The position numbers and the translations under genes are program-made. Below, piece by piece: positions 1-9,603 of a stretch of 64,000 bases of DNA. Origin of the DNA: a virus (taxonomy: Duplodnaviria; Caudoviricetes). The stretch covers positions 17,435-81,434 of the IMG/VR virus record IMGVR_UViG_3300037454_000078; one strand, given 5' to 3'. Under the pieces are notes generated by a model. The model saw only the letters and a program-made list of their open reading frames with translations. It was not told the DNA's origin and did no database searches. The stretch's first letter is position 1; each line of letters opens with the position of its first letter.

Positions 1-2
1 CA

Positions 3-3000
3 TTGGACGACATTGCATACAAAATGCAAAGACTTCAAGCATATAGACAAGGAATCGACTTGACTAAGCCAGGAGCCGAGAACGAGATAAAGCAGGTTGA
101 CGACAAACTGAAAGAACTGCAAAGGGACGCTGACAAGTGGATTTCTAAGTCTAAAGAAATTGAAAATCGCAACAACGCTCTTGGGCGCTCGTGGAACTAC
201 ATGAAGAACCGTCTTGCGTTCTACTTTACAGTAGGAGCAAGCACAGCGTTCATAAAGAACTTGATTGAGATACGCTCCCAGTACGAGATGAACGAGCGTG
301 CCCTTGGAATTCTCATCAACTCTGCAGAAAGAGGAACGCAAATATTCAAGGAGCTGTCAGACATGGCTCTCGTTTCCCCATACACGCTTATCGAACTGTC
401 AAACGCAGCGAAACAGTTGACCGCATACGACATCGCAGCAAAGAACGTTGTCGACACGACAAGACGTCTTGCTGACATGGCTTCTGCCGTCGGTGTTCCA
501 ATGGAACGTCTGACATACGCACTTGGTCAGATTAAGGCTTACGGCTATCTGAACAGCCGAGATGCCCGTATGTTCGCAAACGCAGGTATCCCTCTTGTCC
601 GCGAATTGTCAAAGTACTATACGGAACTTGAAGGTAAAATCGTTAGCGTGGGGGATGTGTACGACAGGATGAAGAAGAAGTCCATCGACTACAACGACGT
701 AATGGCTGTCGTTACAAAGATGACAGACGAAGGAGGCAAGTTCTTTGACTTCCAAGCAAAGATGGCAGACACACTGAAAGTGCGTCTTGCCAACCTGACT
801 CTTGCGTGGAACAACATGCTGAACGAAATAGGGGCATCAGAGCAGGGGGTTCTTACAACAGGAATAGGCATGCTGAAAGACTTCTTCTTGCACTGGAAGG
901 ACATAGAAGAAATCATCAGGAAAGTTGTATACGCGTTCGGATTGTTCAAAGCGGCTCAGATGATAACTCTTGCATTTATGGGAGAGTTGAACACGGCAAT
1001 GGGAATGCAGGTACTGCTTGGCACTAAACTTCAGACAAAGCTTGCTGCATTGACTTCTAGCACAAAAGCTTTGTCAGTTGGATTGTCTGCGTTCGGAATG
1101 GCATTTTGGGCTATTCTTGCAGACGCTTATGTTACATACAGCAGAAACGCTGAAGAAATAGAGAGACTTAACAAAACCATTGCAGATGGAGCAAAAGAAG
1201 CGTCCGAAGCCCTTGACAAAATGCTGCATTCTTCAGAAATGGTAAGCTCAAGAATGTCTGCAATGCAAGGAAAACTCTCAGCAACAGACGCAGCAAAGAC
1301 TTGGGAAGCGCTGCGTGAACAGATAGAGTTGTCCGCAATATCTTCAAAGAGCGTTGTTGCAGAAATCGTTGAAGAGATACAAAAAAACGGTTTTGACAGA
1401 GGAATAGAAAAAGCTTTCGGTTTTGCAGAAAGCATTCAAAAAGTCACAAGCAAACTGAGCGACCTGAACGACAAGCTTCAAATAACTCAAGATGAAATGC
1501 TGGGAGGGCTGTTTGGTGAAGGTGTCGTTGAGGATATTGAGGATTACAACGAAAGGTTAAAATACGAAGCCGAACTTGCAGAATGGGCTGCAAACAAGAA
1601 TAGCGGATTCTGGGAAAACGCTGTAATGGGACTTAAAGGTCTGTTCCATTCTGTAAAAGAAGACCTTGGAAGTTCAAAGGAAGAAGCAGAGAAAGAAATA
1701 AAGAAGTTTGCTGAAGACGCTGCACAGGTCATTAAAGACGAACTTGGAGAGGAGGGCTTGAAAGACAAAATTCAAGTAAATGAAGCCATTGCTCGCGTTC
1801 TTCAGGGGTTCGAACAGATGTATCCTCAGATACGTGGGAAGGGGAAAGTCTTGTTTGAGACACTGTTCAACGAAACGATGGCAAAAGAGTTTGAGGGTTC
1901 TGTAGACAAACAAGCATATTATTATGAGAAATTCTTGGAGCAACTCAAGAAAGACCACGGAAGTGCTTTTAATGAAGTTACTGACGAAATACTCAAAGAC
2001 ACGCACAAGTGGTCTTCCTCGCAATTGGACGCCATACAGAAAACTGCAGATAAAGTCAGAAAAGACCTTCCAGAAGCTTCGCAAGATGCAATTGACAAAA
2101 TCCTAAGACAACTCAATTCTACAGAGTTCAAAGTTCGAATTGTCGCAGAGATGGCCACAACTTCCGTTGATGAAGTACAAAGACAATTCAACGAGAAATT
2201 CATTAAGAAGCCTGGGATTGAAGACCAGAAAGAAAGAGAGAAGGCTGAGGCTGAGGCTGCTCAGAAATACGGTACTCTTAGGCGTAAATCAACAGAGAGC
2301 AATGTCGAGTACGAAAAGCGAATCAGCGACGAACGAAATAAACAGTTTGAGTTGTCTCAAAAGAACGCAGATATTATATCTGCAAACAAAAGCAAACAAG
2401 ACGAATACTCAAAGGCAGTAGTAAAAGACGCTGAAAACGCAAAGGCTGCAGCAGACGCGTGGCTGAAAGCTGCTGACGAAGTCGAAAAGGCTGGTGGATA
2501 TGACTTCAGTACAAAGAGCGAGCGTTCTGCTGCGTCGAAAGCTCAGAAAGCTGCAGAGTCAGAGCTTCAGAAAGCGTTGAAGGAAGAGATAAAGCTTATT
2601 GACGAAGCGACGAACATGTATAAGAAGATGACGGATTCTGGAATCAACAGGACAACCGCACTCACTTACATCACCAACAAGTTCGGAGACTCAATCGAGC
2701 ATATCAACAGTGTTCTTGGTAAGAACAATATACCAAAGTTCGACATAAGAAGGTTTGCTGGAACAGATGACCCGCATAAGCTCCTTCAGATGCTTGAGGA
2801 GCAGAGAGCTGCTGCAAAACTGTCAAGGAACGTAAAGCCAGAAGAAATCAGCGAACTGCAGATAAAATACGACAAGGTTGATGTTGATGCAAAAGTCTTT
2901 GATGCTACAAAGATTACAAAAGGCTTGAACAACGAGCTCGGACACCTGAAGGACGAGTACGAGCTTGCTGTGGAGCTTGACGCCAATCCAGAGTTCGGCA

Positions 3001-5252
3001 ATATGTTCGCAGAAATGTTCGACCTCGACTTGGACACAATGCCAAAAACGGCCAAAGAGTACGCTGACGCATACACCAAGCAACTTAACAAGTATTTCCA
3101 AGACCAAAAGACGGACATCAGGCTTCCGAATCTCCTGAACGTGACGAAGGACGACATGGAAGAGTTCAGGAAGCAGATGGAAGAAGGAAAACTTGAGATG
3201 GTATATTACGACCTTATAAAAGAAGCGTACAAAGAGACTCAGGCAGCCAGAAAGAAGGAGACGACGGACACAATCAACGAATGGAACAAGCTTGTTGAGA
3301 AATACGGTGAGTTCGAAGCCAAAATCACAAAGATAAACAACGACGCTGAAAAGGAACGGAAGATTGCGACCTTGATGAACGCTCCGAAAAGTCTTTTTGA
3401 GGCTATCGACTTAAAGCAAAGACAGCTTACGGCGAAAGCCGCGTTCGAGAGGTTCCAAGGCTCTTCTGAGTGGATTGTAGCCACTGGTGACTTGACTGGT
3501 ATGACAAAGGAGGCAATAGGCAGTCTGATAGACAGCATAGAAGAGTACAAGAAGAAAGCCAAATACCTAGACCCGAAGCAGATTAAGCAGATTAACAACG
3601 CCCTGAAAGCATTGCATAAGGAGCAGAGGAAAAACAACCCGTTCAAGTCTCTCTCAAACGCAATGGATGAAGCAAAGGACAAGGCCGAAGTGTTCCAAGA
3701 AGAGATAGACAGTGAGCAGGAGAAGCTGAACAAACTCAGCTCGGAAATGATTCAAAGCGGTCAGGTGACAGAAGAGACAACAGGGAAAATAGGAACAATA
3801 ATAGAAAGGATAAAAGAACTCAAAAAAGCACAAGAAGAAGTTCTGGAAGTAGACATAAACACCATAATAGAAGGTCTTAAATCCGTCATGTCCACAGTAA
3901 AGCAGGCCACTGGACTGTTTACGGACATGTTTGGTGCTATCGGAGGAGATGAAGTCAAGAAAGATATAGAGGATATGTTCTCTGTTGTAGACAATACTTT
4001 GAAAGGACTTGAGATTGGTGCGGCAATAGGCGGCAAATGGGGTGCTGTCATTGGCGGTATTGTCGGAATGCTTACGAGTGTCGTTTCAAAAATAGGAGAC
4101 ATCATCAGCGGAAACGAAGGCATTAACAGTTCGATTGAGGTCTCTGAAAGAAGAGTAAGGGGTCTTGAACTCGCGTATGTCGATTTGCAGCGCGCCGTAG
4201 ACGATGCCTACGGCTCTGCCGTCATCGGTGCAAAGAAGGCGACTGTATACAACAAAGAACTGCAACTTGCGGAACTGAAACGGCAGTTGGCGCTTGAACA
4301 GTCGAGAAAGAGCAAGAACATTGACCAAGACAGGATTGTAGAACTGCGGAAACAGATTCGTGAACTGGAATACGACATCATCGACTCGATAAAAGAAATA
4401 ACGAACTCAATGCTTGGCATATCAAGCGTTGGAGACGCTGCGGAGGCGCTTGTGTCGAACATGATAGAGTCCTTCAGGAAAGGCGAGGACTATATGCTCA
4501 GTCTCAAGGATTCGTATGACGACATGATAGACAACATGATTATGAAGAGCATCGTCGCAAACGTAATCGGCAAAAAAATAGATGAGTTGTTCGCGAAGGT
4601 CTCTGAGGCCGCTTCACAGAGAGCCAGTGCAGAAGAGGCAAGATACGAGGAAGCCGTGAAGAAATACAGCGATGCCATGAGTCGAATCACGAACCCAGAC
4701 TGGTGGGAATACTACAGTTTCGACCCTTATGGGGAAAACGTGGAAAGACAAGAACAGTCAAAGATTTCGTTTGAAGAGTGGCAGGACTTGTGGGAGAAGA
4801 GAATAGAGTATCTGAGAAAGCAGTACGAAGAAGCCGCAACGCCGACACCTGACGACGTGAAGGCGATTGAAGAGATGCGTGATGGGTGGTACGGAGGAAT
4901 AAAAGAAGAGTTCGAGGCGTGGATGAACGCATTCGGAATAAAATACGGGCAGGACGCTACGAACCAGCTCTCGGCATTGCAGCAAGGCATATCTGGAATC
5001 ACAGAGACTCAGGCAGGCGCATTGGAAGCCTACTGGAATGCGAACACGCAGCAGCAGTACGTGCATAGCGATTTGCTCACGCAGATAAGAGACGCCGTAC
5101 AGTCGTTCGACATGGACTTACAGCTTGGCGTCTTCTCTCAGATGCTTCTGCAATTGCAGACGAACTATACGGTCATGATGTCGATGCATTCCATGATGGA
5201 GGGATGGACTGTGGCTAGCGGACAAGGCATACGTGTCGAACTTATAAGTTAG
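3..5252 (+). CDS. Tail tape measure protein (5' end outside window)
   Basis: 1749+ aa Ala/Glu/Lys-rich helical ORF with tape-measure N-terminal motif (ELSNAAKQLTAY...LTYALGQIKAYGYL...FANAGIP); frame open from window start. Confidence 0.92.
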   Translation: MDDIAYKMQRLQAYRQGIDLTKPGAENEIKQVDDKLKELQRDADKWISKSKEIENRNNALGRSWNYMKNRLAFYFTVGASTAFIKNLIEIRSQYEMNERALGILINSAERGTQIFKELSDMALVSPYTLIELSNAAKQLTAYDIAAKNVVDTTRRLADMASAVGVPMERLTYALGQIKAYGYLNSRDARMFANAGIPLVRELSKYYTELEGKIVSVGDVYDRMKKKSIDYNDVMAVVTKMTDEGGKFFDFQAKMADTLKVRLANLTLAWNNMLNEIGASEQGVLTTGIGMLKDFFLHWKDIEEIIRKVVYAFGLFKAAQMITLAFMGELNTAMGMQVLLGTKLQTKLAALTSSTKALSVGLSAFGMAFWAILADAYVTYSRNAEEIERLNKTIADGAKEASEALDKMLHSSEMVSSRMSAMQGKLSATDAAKTWEALREQIELSAISSKSVVAEIVEEIQKNGFDRGIEKAFGFAESIQKVTSKLSDLNDKLQITQDEMLGGLFGEGVVEDIEDYNERLKYEAELAEWAANKNSGFWENAVMGLKGLFHSVKEDLGSSKEEAEKEIKKFAEDAAQVIKDELGEEGLKDKIQVNEAIARVLQGFEQMYPQIRGKGKVLFETLFNETMAKEFEGSVDKQAYYYEKFLEQLKKDHGSAFNEVTDEILKDTHKWSSSQLDAIQKTADKVRKDLPEASQDAIDKILRQLNSTEFKVRIVAEMATTSVDEVQRQFNEKFIKKPGIEDQKEREKAEAEAAQKYGTLRRKSTESNVEYEKRISDERNKQFELSQKNADIISANKSKQDEYSKAVVKDAENAKAAADAWLKAADEVEKAGGYDFSTKSERSAASKAQKAAESELQKALKEEIKLIDEATNMYKKMTDSGINRTTALTYITNKFGDSIEHINSVLGKNNIPKFDIRRFAGTDDPHKLLQMLEEQRAAAKLSRNVKPEEISELQIKYDKVDVDAKVFDATKITKGLNNELGHLKDEYELAVELDANPEFGNMFAEMFDLDLDTMPKTAKEYADAYTKQLNKYFQDQKTDIRLPNLLNVTKDDMEEFRKQMEEGKLEMVYYDLIKEAYKETQAARKKETTDTINEWNKLVEKYGEFEAKITKINNDAEKERKIATLMNAPKSLFEAIDLKQRQLTAKAAFERFQGSSEWIVATGDLTGMTKEAIGSLIDSIEEYKKKAKYLDPKQIKQINNALKALHKEQRKNNPFKSLSNAMDEAKDKAEVFQEEIDSEQEKLNKLSSEMIQSGQVTEETTGKIGTIIERIKELKKAQEEVLEVDINTIIEGLKSVMSTVKQATGLFTDMFGAIGGDEVKKDIEDMFSVVDNTLKGLEIGAAIGGKWGAVIGGIVGMLTSVVSKIGDIISGNEGINSSIEVSERRVRGLELAYVDLQRAVDDAYGSAVIGAKKATVYNKELQLAELKRQLALEQSRKSKNIDQDRIVELRKQIRELEYDIIDSIKEITNSMLGISSVGDAAEALVSNMIESFRKGEDYMLSLKDSYDDMIDNMIMKSIVANVIGKKIDELFAKVSEAASQRASAEEARYEEAVKKYSDAMSRITNPDWWEYYSFDPYGENVERQEQSKISFEEWQDLWEKRIEYLRKQYEEAATPTPDDVKAIEEMRDGWYGGIKEEFEAWMNAFGIKYGQDATNQLSALQQGISGITETQAGALEAYWNANTQQQYVHSDLLTQIRDAVQSFDMDLQLGVFSQMLLQLQTNYTVMMSMHSMMEGWTVASGQGIRVELIS

Positions 5253-5257
5253 TTGAT

Positions 5258-5845
5258 ATGGACAAGATGCAAGAATACTACAAGAGCGCGCTTCTGGAAG
5301 ACCTTTGTTCAGAGTACAAGGGTCTGTGGCAGGCTGCGATGAACGACAAGGAAAGCCTGCTGAAGCTGTCATTGTGCCAGCAGGCGATTCCACACGTCGT
5401 GACGTTCGCGTACGAGGGAAAGGGGCTTACGAGGGAATATGTGAAGGAGAACTTCCGTGAGTACATAAACGGACACACGGTCATGGACGCTGACGGGGTA
5501 GATGGTTTCACTTATGGATTGTACGCCGACTATGACTACGACAACGCCCTTGTTCTTGACAAGGACGTGTGCTCTGTCATGTGGACACACTGCGACAGCG
5601 TATTCGTACCAAAGACGAAGGCTGTCACTCTGTACGTGAGCAACAGAAGCGACATAAGCATCGTCTGCGACGGGTACAACTCACTCAGAATCTATCTCTT
5701 CGACGAATCGAAGGTGACGTTGGAAGACGTGGACGACGACAGCACGGTGACTGTGTACAACTACGGGAAATGCTCTGTCGTAGAGAGAGGGAAGTACTGC
5801 CTGTCTGGGCACATACAAGAATTCAGGAAACAATTAAGACTTTAG
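5258..5845 (+). CDS. Hypothetical protein following tape measure (beta-rich C-terminal half)
   Basis: 195-aa ORF tightly coupled to TMP stop; phage-like codon usage. Confidence 0.75.
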   Translation: MDKMQEYYKSALLEDLCSEYKGLWQAAMNDKESLLKLSLCQQAIPHVVTFAYEGKGLTREYVKENFREYINGHTVMDADGVDGFTYGLYADYDYDNALVLDKDVCSVMWTHCDSVFVPKTKAVTLYVSNRSDISIVCDGYNSLRIYLFDESKVTLEDVDDDSTVTVYNYGKCSVVERGKYCLSGHIQEFRKQLRL

Positions 5846-5849
5846 AAAT

Positions 5850-6326
5850 ATGGCAAACGAATTAAAGGGTAAATATTACACGAAGAACACGTTGTCTGGT
5901 TCGTATCAGGACTTCGCAACGAAGTTCGACGGTCTTCGTGTCTTGGCGATAAGCGGTCTCGACAGCAAAGGGAAGGCTCTGAACGTGTACGTCGCGCAGT
6001 GGATGAACTCTCAGACTGAGGATTTCATGATTACGACGAACAACGGTGTGATAGTAAGGGAGAACGTGGACGTGCAGGTCGTGTTCGCTATAAGCAGACG
6101 CTACGCAAGCACCTCCATCAACGAGCAGACCGTTTACGACACGTTCATCGACTACATGACGAACACGGACGTGTGGGTGGCGAGCAGGTATGTCGGGAAG
6201 CAAGTCCATTGCGTATCTATGGACAAGTTCGAGCCAGAGAAGATAAAACTGAACAGAGGGAACAACTCCTACATATTTGGAAAAGTCACCCTTCATGCTC
6301 TTGAGAAGCCTACCGCCTACACCTGA
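5850..6326 (+). CDS. Putative tail component (distal-tail-like)
   Basis: 158-aa beta-rich ORF, last gene of tail operon; function from position only. Confidence 0.55.
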   Translation: MANELKGKYYTKNTLSGSYQDFATKFDGLRVLAISGLDSKGKALNVYVAQWMNSQTEDFMITTNNGVIVRENVDVQVVFAISRRYASTSINEQTVYDTFIDYMTNTDVWVASRYVGKQVHCVSMDKFEPEKIKLNRGNNSYIFGKVTLHALEKPTAYT

Positions 6327-6338
6327 CAGGATATTTGT

Positions 6339-6701
6339 TCAGAAGATTCTCTTCCACCAAGGCTTCGCTGGCTTCGACAGCTCCGCAGCAAGTCTGTCCG
6401 CCTCGCTCTTAAACTCGCCAATCCTGTCGTTGAGGACGAGCACTTGGTCTTTGTACGACTCAATCTGACCGCGAAGCTGCGCGTTGGTCTTCTCCAGAAC
6501 GTCGACCTGCTTCAGCAAGGAGTCGCACTCCGCAATCTTCCCTTCGTAGAGATGGTCTCCCTCCAAGTCGAGCGACTTGTACTTCCTGACCTGCTCCTGC
6601 AAGACGGAGATTTGTCCTCTTATGCCAGCGTTCTGTTTGCGCAGGAACTTGACTTCCTCTTCAACACTCTCAAAATGGTTTTCTTTCTTTACCTTTTTCA
6701 T
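6339..6701 (-). CDS. Coiled-coil hypothetical protein
   Basis: 120 aa heptad-rich, ends PWWKRIF; downstream of ssb. Confidence 0.7.
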   Translation of the reverse strand: MKKVKKENHFESVEEEVKFLRKQNAGIRGQISVLQEQVRKYKSLDLEGDHLYEGKIAECDSLLKQVDVLEKTNAQLRGQIESYKDQVLVLNDRIGEFKSEADRLAAELSKPAKPWWKRIF

Positions 6702-6729
6702 AAGATTGCAATTTTAAGTTTATGATATT

Positions 6730-7137
6730 TTAAAAGTCTGGTTTGTTGTAAGACTCCAAGTCTGGAGTACCGCTTGAGTGCAGTTGGGAGTCCTTCTGCA
6801 TTCTCGCTTCCTGTCTCTGGTACAGCCTTGGAACGCTGAACACGTTCAGTGTCTGTCCGATGACGCTGTATCCGTCTATGGTCTCTCCGTTCTCTATGGC
6901 GTATGGCAGCACTTCCCCCTTAACTTCCACGACCATACCGTTCGAGAAGTGGTTGTTGACGTAGTTGACCAGTCCCTGCTTGTAGATGACTTTCCATGAG
7001 AGATACTTGTCTTCCACGCGAGTCCCGTCTGATTTTCTGTAGCCTTTTCTGTACTCCGACAGGAAGACGAAGCATCCGCCGCCGTTGGGGATGAACTTGA
7101 CTGACTCGATTATGCCTATGATGTTTACACTTGCCAT
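6730..7137 (-). CDS. ssb: Single-stranded DNA-binding protein (OB fold)
   Basis: NIIGIIESVKF...WKVIY...NGMVVEVKGEV pattern and acidic C-tail ending DF. Confidence 0.7.
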   Translation of the reverse strand: MASVNIIGIIESVKFIPNGGGCFVFLSEYRKGYRKSDGTRVEDKYLSWKVIYKQGLVNYVNNHFSNGMVVEVKGEVLPYAIENGETIDGYSVIGQTLNVFSVPRLYQRQEARMQKDSQLHSSGTPDLESYNKPDF

Positions 7138-7229
7138 TTCTGTATTCTAATATCCTCTTTACGGGCTTCTTCTTCAAAAAGACGCTCGTATTCCTCCAAT
7201 ATCGGTTCTATATATTCCCATTCAATCAT
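7125..7229 (-). CDS. Small hypothetical peptide (34 aa, MIEWEYIEPILEEYERLFEEE...)
   Basis: Manually translated; overlaps ssb start, lies downstream of promoter at 7359-7390. Confidence 0.4.
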   Translation of the reverse strand: MIEWEYIEPILEEYERLFEEEARKEDIRIQKWQV

Positions 7230-7358
7230 ACATCTTCTCGTCTTTGCCGCTTTTCAGCCTTTCTGACGGCTTCCAACGCTCGTTGCGGTATAGTTGTCCA
7301 CCTCGTGAATTTTCGCCGCCCAGAGAGTCTGTTTTCGGCTTGTCCTCGTTTCTGGTTG

Positions 7359-7390
7359 CAAATATAGCTCATAATTTGGAATATTCCAAG
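7359..7390 (-). promoter_or_regulatory. Bacteroidetes sigma-A promoter with perfect palindrome TTGGAATATTCCAA (7376-7389)
   Basis: Minus strand CTTG-N20-TATATTTG. Confidence 0.75.
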
Positions 7391-7404
7391 TTTTTAAATG
7401 ATTT

Positions 7405-8061
7405 TTAACCAAAAAAGGCCTTGAGAGCTCCAGACACGCTCTCCCCCTTGGCTTCCTTCATCCTCTTGTACTCCTCGAACGTAACCACTCCCTTGTTCCC
7501 CTCTTCGATGCGCCTTACGTTCTCCGTGCGCTCTATTTCCGCGTAGTAGTCTCCGCGTTCAGCCATGAACTTGTTCAGTGACTCTGTTATGACGAGGGCA
7601 TACGAGTCTCCGCCATAGAAGCGCCCGTACTTTCCAGCCATGAAGCGAGAAACGAACAGCAGTATTTCCTCAACCTTGAGCGTCTTGTACTGTGTGGATA
7701 TTGTCTGAGCCAACATGTACACCTGTTCTTTCGAGAACTTGTCGTTCGTCACGTTGAGGAATACAAGCATCGACTGCAGGACGCCGAAGAGCCATGTGGC
7801 AGACGAATTCTTCCCGTATGTGACATCTATTCTAACGAGCGTCGGCGATTCGCGCTTGAACACGTCTATCGGATTCTGCACGATTGAGTTCATGTTGGCA
7901 TACGAGAATCTGTTGCAGAACCCTCTTATGTCCCCGTACTCATTCCTTATCTCCGCCACCCATGTCGGCTGGCTCTCCGATGTTGCCAAAGAGCCGTTCC
8001 ATGAACGAGTCTGCTTCGGCAATAGTTCTCCCAACTTTTTCGGTTGCTGTTTCTCTTCCAT
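7405..8061 (-). CDS. Hypothetical protein downstream of replication initiator (possible helicase-loader-like partner)
   Basis: 218 aa; overlaps 3' end of initiator gene; function inferred from position. Confidence 0.6.
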   Translation of the reverse strand: MEEKQQPKKLGELLPKQTRSWNGSLATSESQPTWVAEIRNEYGDIRGFCNRFSYANMNSIVQNPIDVFKRESPTLVRIDVTYGKNSSATWLFGVLQSMLVFLNVTNDKFSKEQVYMLAQTISTQYKTLKVEEILLFVSRFMAGKYGRFYGGDSYALVITESLNKFMAERGDYYAEIERTENVRRIEEGNKGVVTFEEYKRMKEAKGESVSGALKAFFG

Positions 8062-8767
8062 AGTTGTTGTTGTTATTTTTATTCTTAGACCATGTCGTGC
8101 AGGCTGCTTTCCAGCTCTTCATAGGATTACGGCCTACTTTCCATCCGTTGCTCTCATAATGTGCAAAGAAGGCTTCCGCATCGAACGTATAGCCCTTCTC
8201 GTTGATGTAAGCCTGTATTTCGTCAACGGTAGGCTTAACAAATCGTTTCTCTTTCTTTATAGAAGACACGTTAGTGTCTGATATTTCTTTAATATTATCT
8301 TTCTTTTCCTTTCTTCTAGATAGTTGTTCATTTTGTTGTTCATTTTGTTGTTCATCATCAACAGTGCCACTCATACTTAAATCATTGATTTCCAACGTGT
8401 TCTGTTGTTCATTTTGTTGTTCAATTACTAAGTATTTCTTGATGGTTATAATATTAATCAGCTTACTCGTTGTCTGTTCGATGATTCCAGACGAAAGAAG
8501 TTCTGACAAGAACTTGCGTACAGTATTCCTGCTCCACTGCCACTTTTCTGCGAGGTTTGCTTCTGATATAGCAATCTCGTATGGTTTCAGCGTAACCTTG
8601 ATGCCTCTCACAAAAAATTCGCGCTCCTTATATGCAGCTTGGAAACAAAGGTCTATAAACGCCTGAGCACGAGTAAACCTCTCTGACGAGAAGAAGTCCT
8701 CGTCATAAAGCCCTCTATCCAACTTTATAAAACCCTTATTCAACTTGTAGCAGTCTTTAAAAGCCAA
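7940..8767 (-). CDS. Phage replication initiator (replisome organiser, lambda O-like architecture), TTG start
   Basis: N-terminal FIKLDR...wHTH (LAEKWQWSRNTVRKFL), central repeat linker, C-terminal FVKPTVDEI...HYESNGWKVG..PMKSWKAA domain. Confidence 0.8.
   Translation of the reverse strand: MAFKDCYKLNKGFIKLDRGLYDEDFFSSERFTRAQAFIDLCFQAAYKEREFFVRGIKVTLKPYEIAISEANLAEKWQWSRNTVRKFLSELLSSGIIEQTTSKLINIITIKKYLVIEQQNEQQNTLEINDLSMSGTVDDEQQNEQQNEQLSRRKEKKDNIKEISDTNVSSIKKEKRFVKPTVDEIQAYINEKGYTFDAEAFFAHYESNGWKVGRNPMKSWKAACTTWSKNKNNNNNYGRETATEKVGRTIAEADSFMERLFGNIGEPADMGGGDKE
8323..8423. repeat. Iteron-like 12-bp repeats (GTTGTTCATTTT) inside initiator gene
   Basis: GTTGTTCA core at 8323, 8335, 8347, 8404 and 8416; adjacent AT/pyrimidine tract 8281-8320. 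Confidence 0.7.
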
Positions 8768-8878
8768 ACAAGCGGTTCTACTCTTCAGCTGCTACTCCGA
8801 ATTTCGAACCGCCTGTTGTGGCAAGTTGTTATAACATTTATGTCTCCATCGCTTTATCACCTATAGTAGCAGACGGCG
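8767..8878 (-). promoter_or_regulatory. Structured 5' leader of initiator with complementary hairpin loops
   Basis: Loop CUGCUACU (8865-8872) is the exact complement of loop AGUAGCAG (8789-8796); 12-bp stem 8767-8778/8806-8817 reaches the start codon. Confidence 0.65.
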
Positions 8879-8909
8879 TTCAAGCGTGCGATTTCAATGA
8901 ATCACGGTG

Positions 8910-8941
8910 CAAAGATAGCAATTATCCGCTCATATTCCAAA
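8910..8941 (-). promoter_or_regulatory. Bacteroidetes promoter
   Basis: TTTG-N20-TATCTTTG perfect consensus on minus strand. Confidence 0.85.
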
Positions 8942-8961
8942 CATTTTATGCATTTTTATGA

Positions 8962-9303
8962 TTATTCGTCATTCAAAGCGCGTAGTTCACTTCCCAACAT
9001 CAAAGCACTAATCTTTGAGTAGATGCCAACTCTTCTAAGAGTCCTGACTCTCTCGAAGTCGCCGTCCTCGTACGCACGTCTGTACGACTTTCCGAGCACT
9101 TTAGGAACGTCTTGTCTGCTGATGCGCTCGTCGTCGCATGCTCGGGAGAGGAGCTCTACCTCCGACTCCGTGGCAGAACACTCCCTCCTGTAGTTCATGC
9201 GTATCATGTCGTACGTGAAGCTTCCAAGACCGAACTTCCTTGCAATCGGCATCAATCTCAGCAGATAGCGTCGGCAGATGCGCTGAAGCGTGTCATTCCT
9301 CAT
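8962..9303 (-). CDS. Hypothetical protein
   Basis: 113-aa ORF in tandem leftward operon. Confidence 0.65.
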   Translation of the reverse strand: MRNDTLQRICRRYLLRLMPIARKFGLGSFTYDMIRMNYRRECSATESEVELLSRACDDERISRQDVPKVLGKSYRRAYEDGDFERVRTLRRVGIYSKISALMLGSELRALNDE

Positions 9304-9583
9304 CTTCTGCTGTCTCGAAGCTTACGTTGTACTTCTCCTTCAGATACCAATAAGGAATGGCATCAAGTACCAAAGCAACCTTGTACTCAGGCTTGAAGTG
9401 CTCCCTGACATTGGAAGGCAAGTCTTTCAGCGTATCCTCGTTCACGCACTCCTTCACGAGCGACACGTTCAGCGGATTCAGCGGTACGCACATCTTCAGC
9501 CTGCTACCTGTCGCAAACACAATCTCAGCGTCGTCTGGCAATGCAGCGAACACTTCGTTCTCCAAAAATTCCTTCTTTGTCAT
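9293..9583 (-). CDS. Hypothetical protein (likely start MTKKEFLENE)
   Basis: ORF track; start moved to the ATG after the upstream stop. Confidence 0.65.
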   Translation of the reverse strand: MTKKEFLENEVFAALPDDAEIVFATGSRLKMCVPLNPLNVSLVKECVNEDTLKDLPSNVREHFKPEYKVALVLDAIPYWYLKEKYNVSFETAEDEE

Positions 9584-9603
9584 GATTCTCTGTTTTTTAT
9601 TGG

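Noticed and set aside
5250-5845. Stop-codon reassignment (TAG to Gln, as in some Prevotella/crAss-like phages), prompted by the CUA-containing tRNA-like element
   Set aside because: TAG ends the tape measure (5250-52) and the next gene (5843-45) directly before new starts, and long genes are intact under code 11
7226-7372. 48-codon ORF MSYICNQKRG... on minus strand
   Set aside because: Its start lies inside a consensus promoter spacer, so the region is better explained as promoter plus leader
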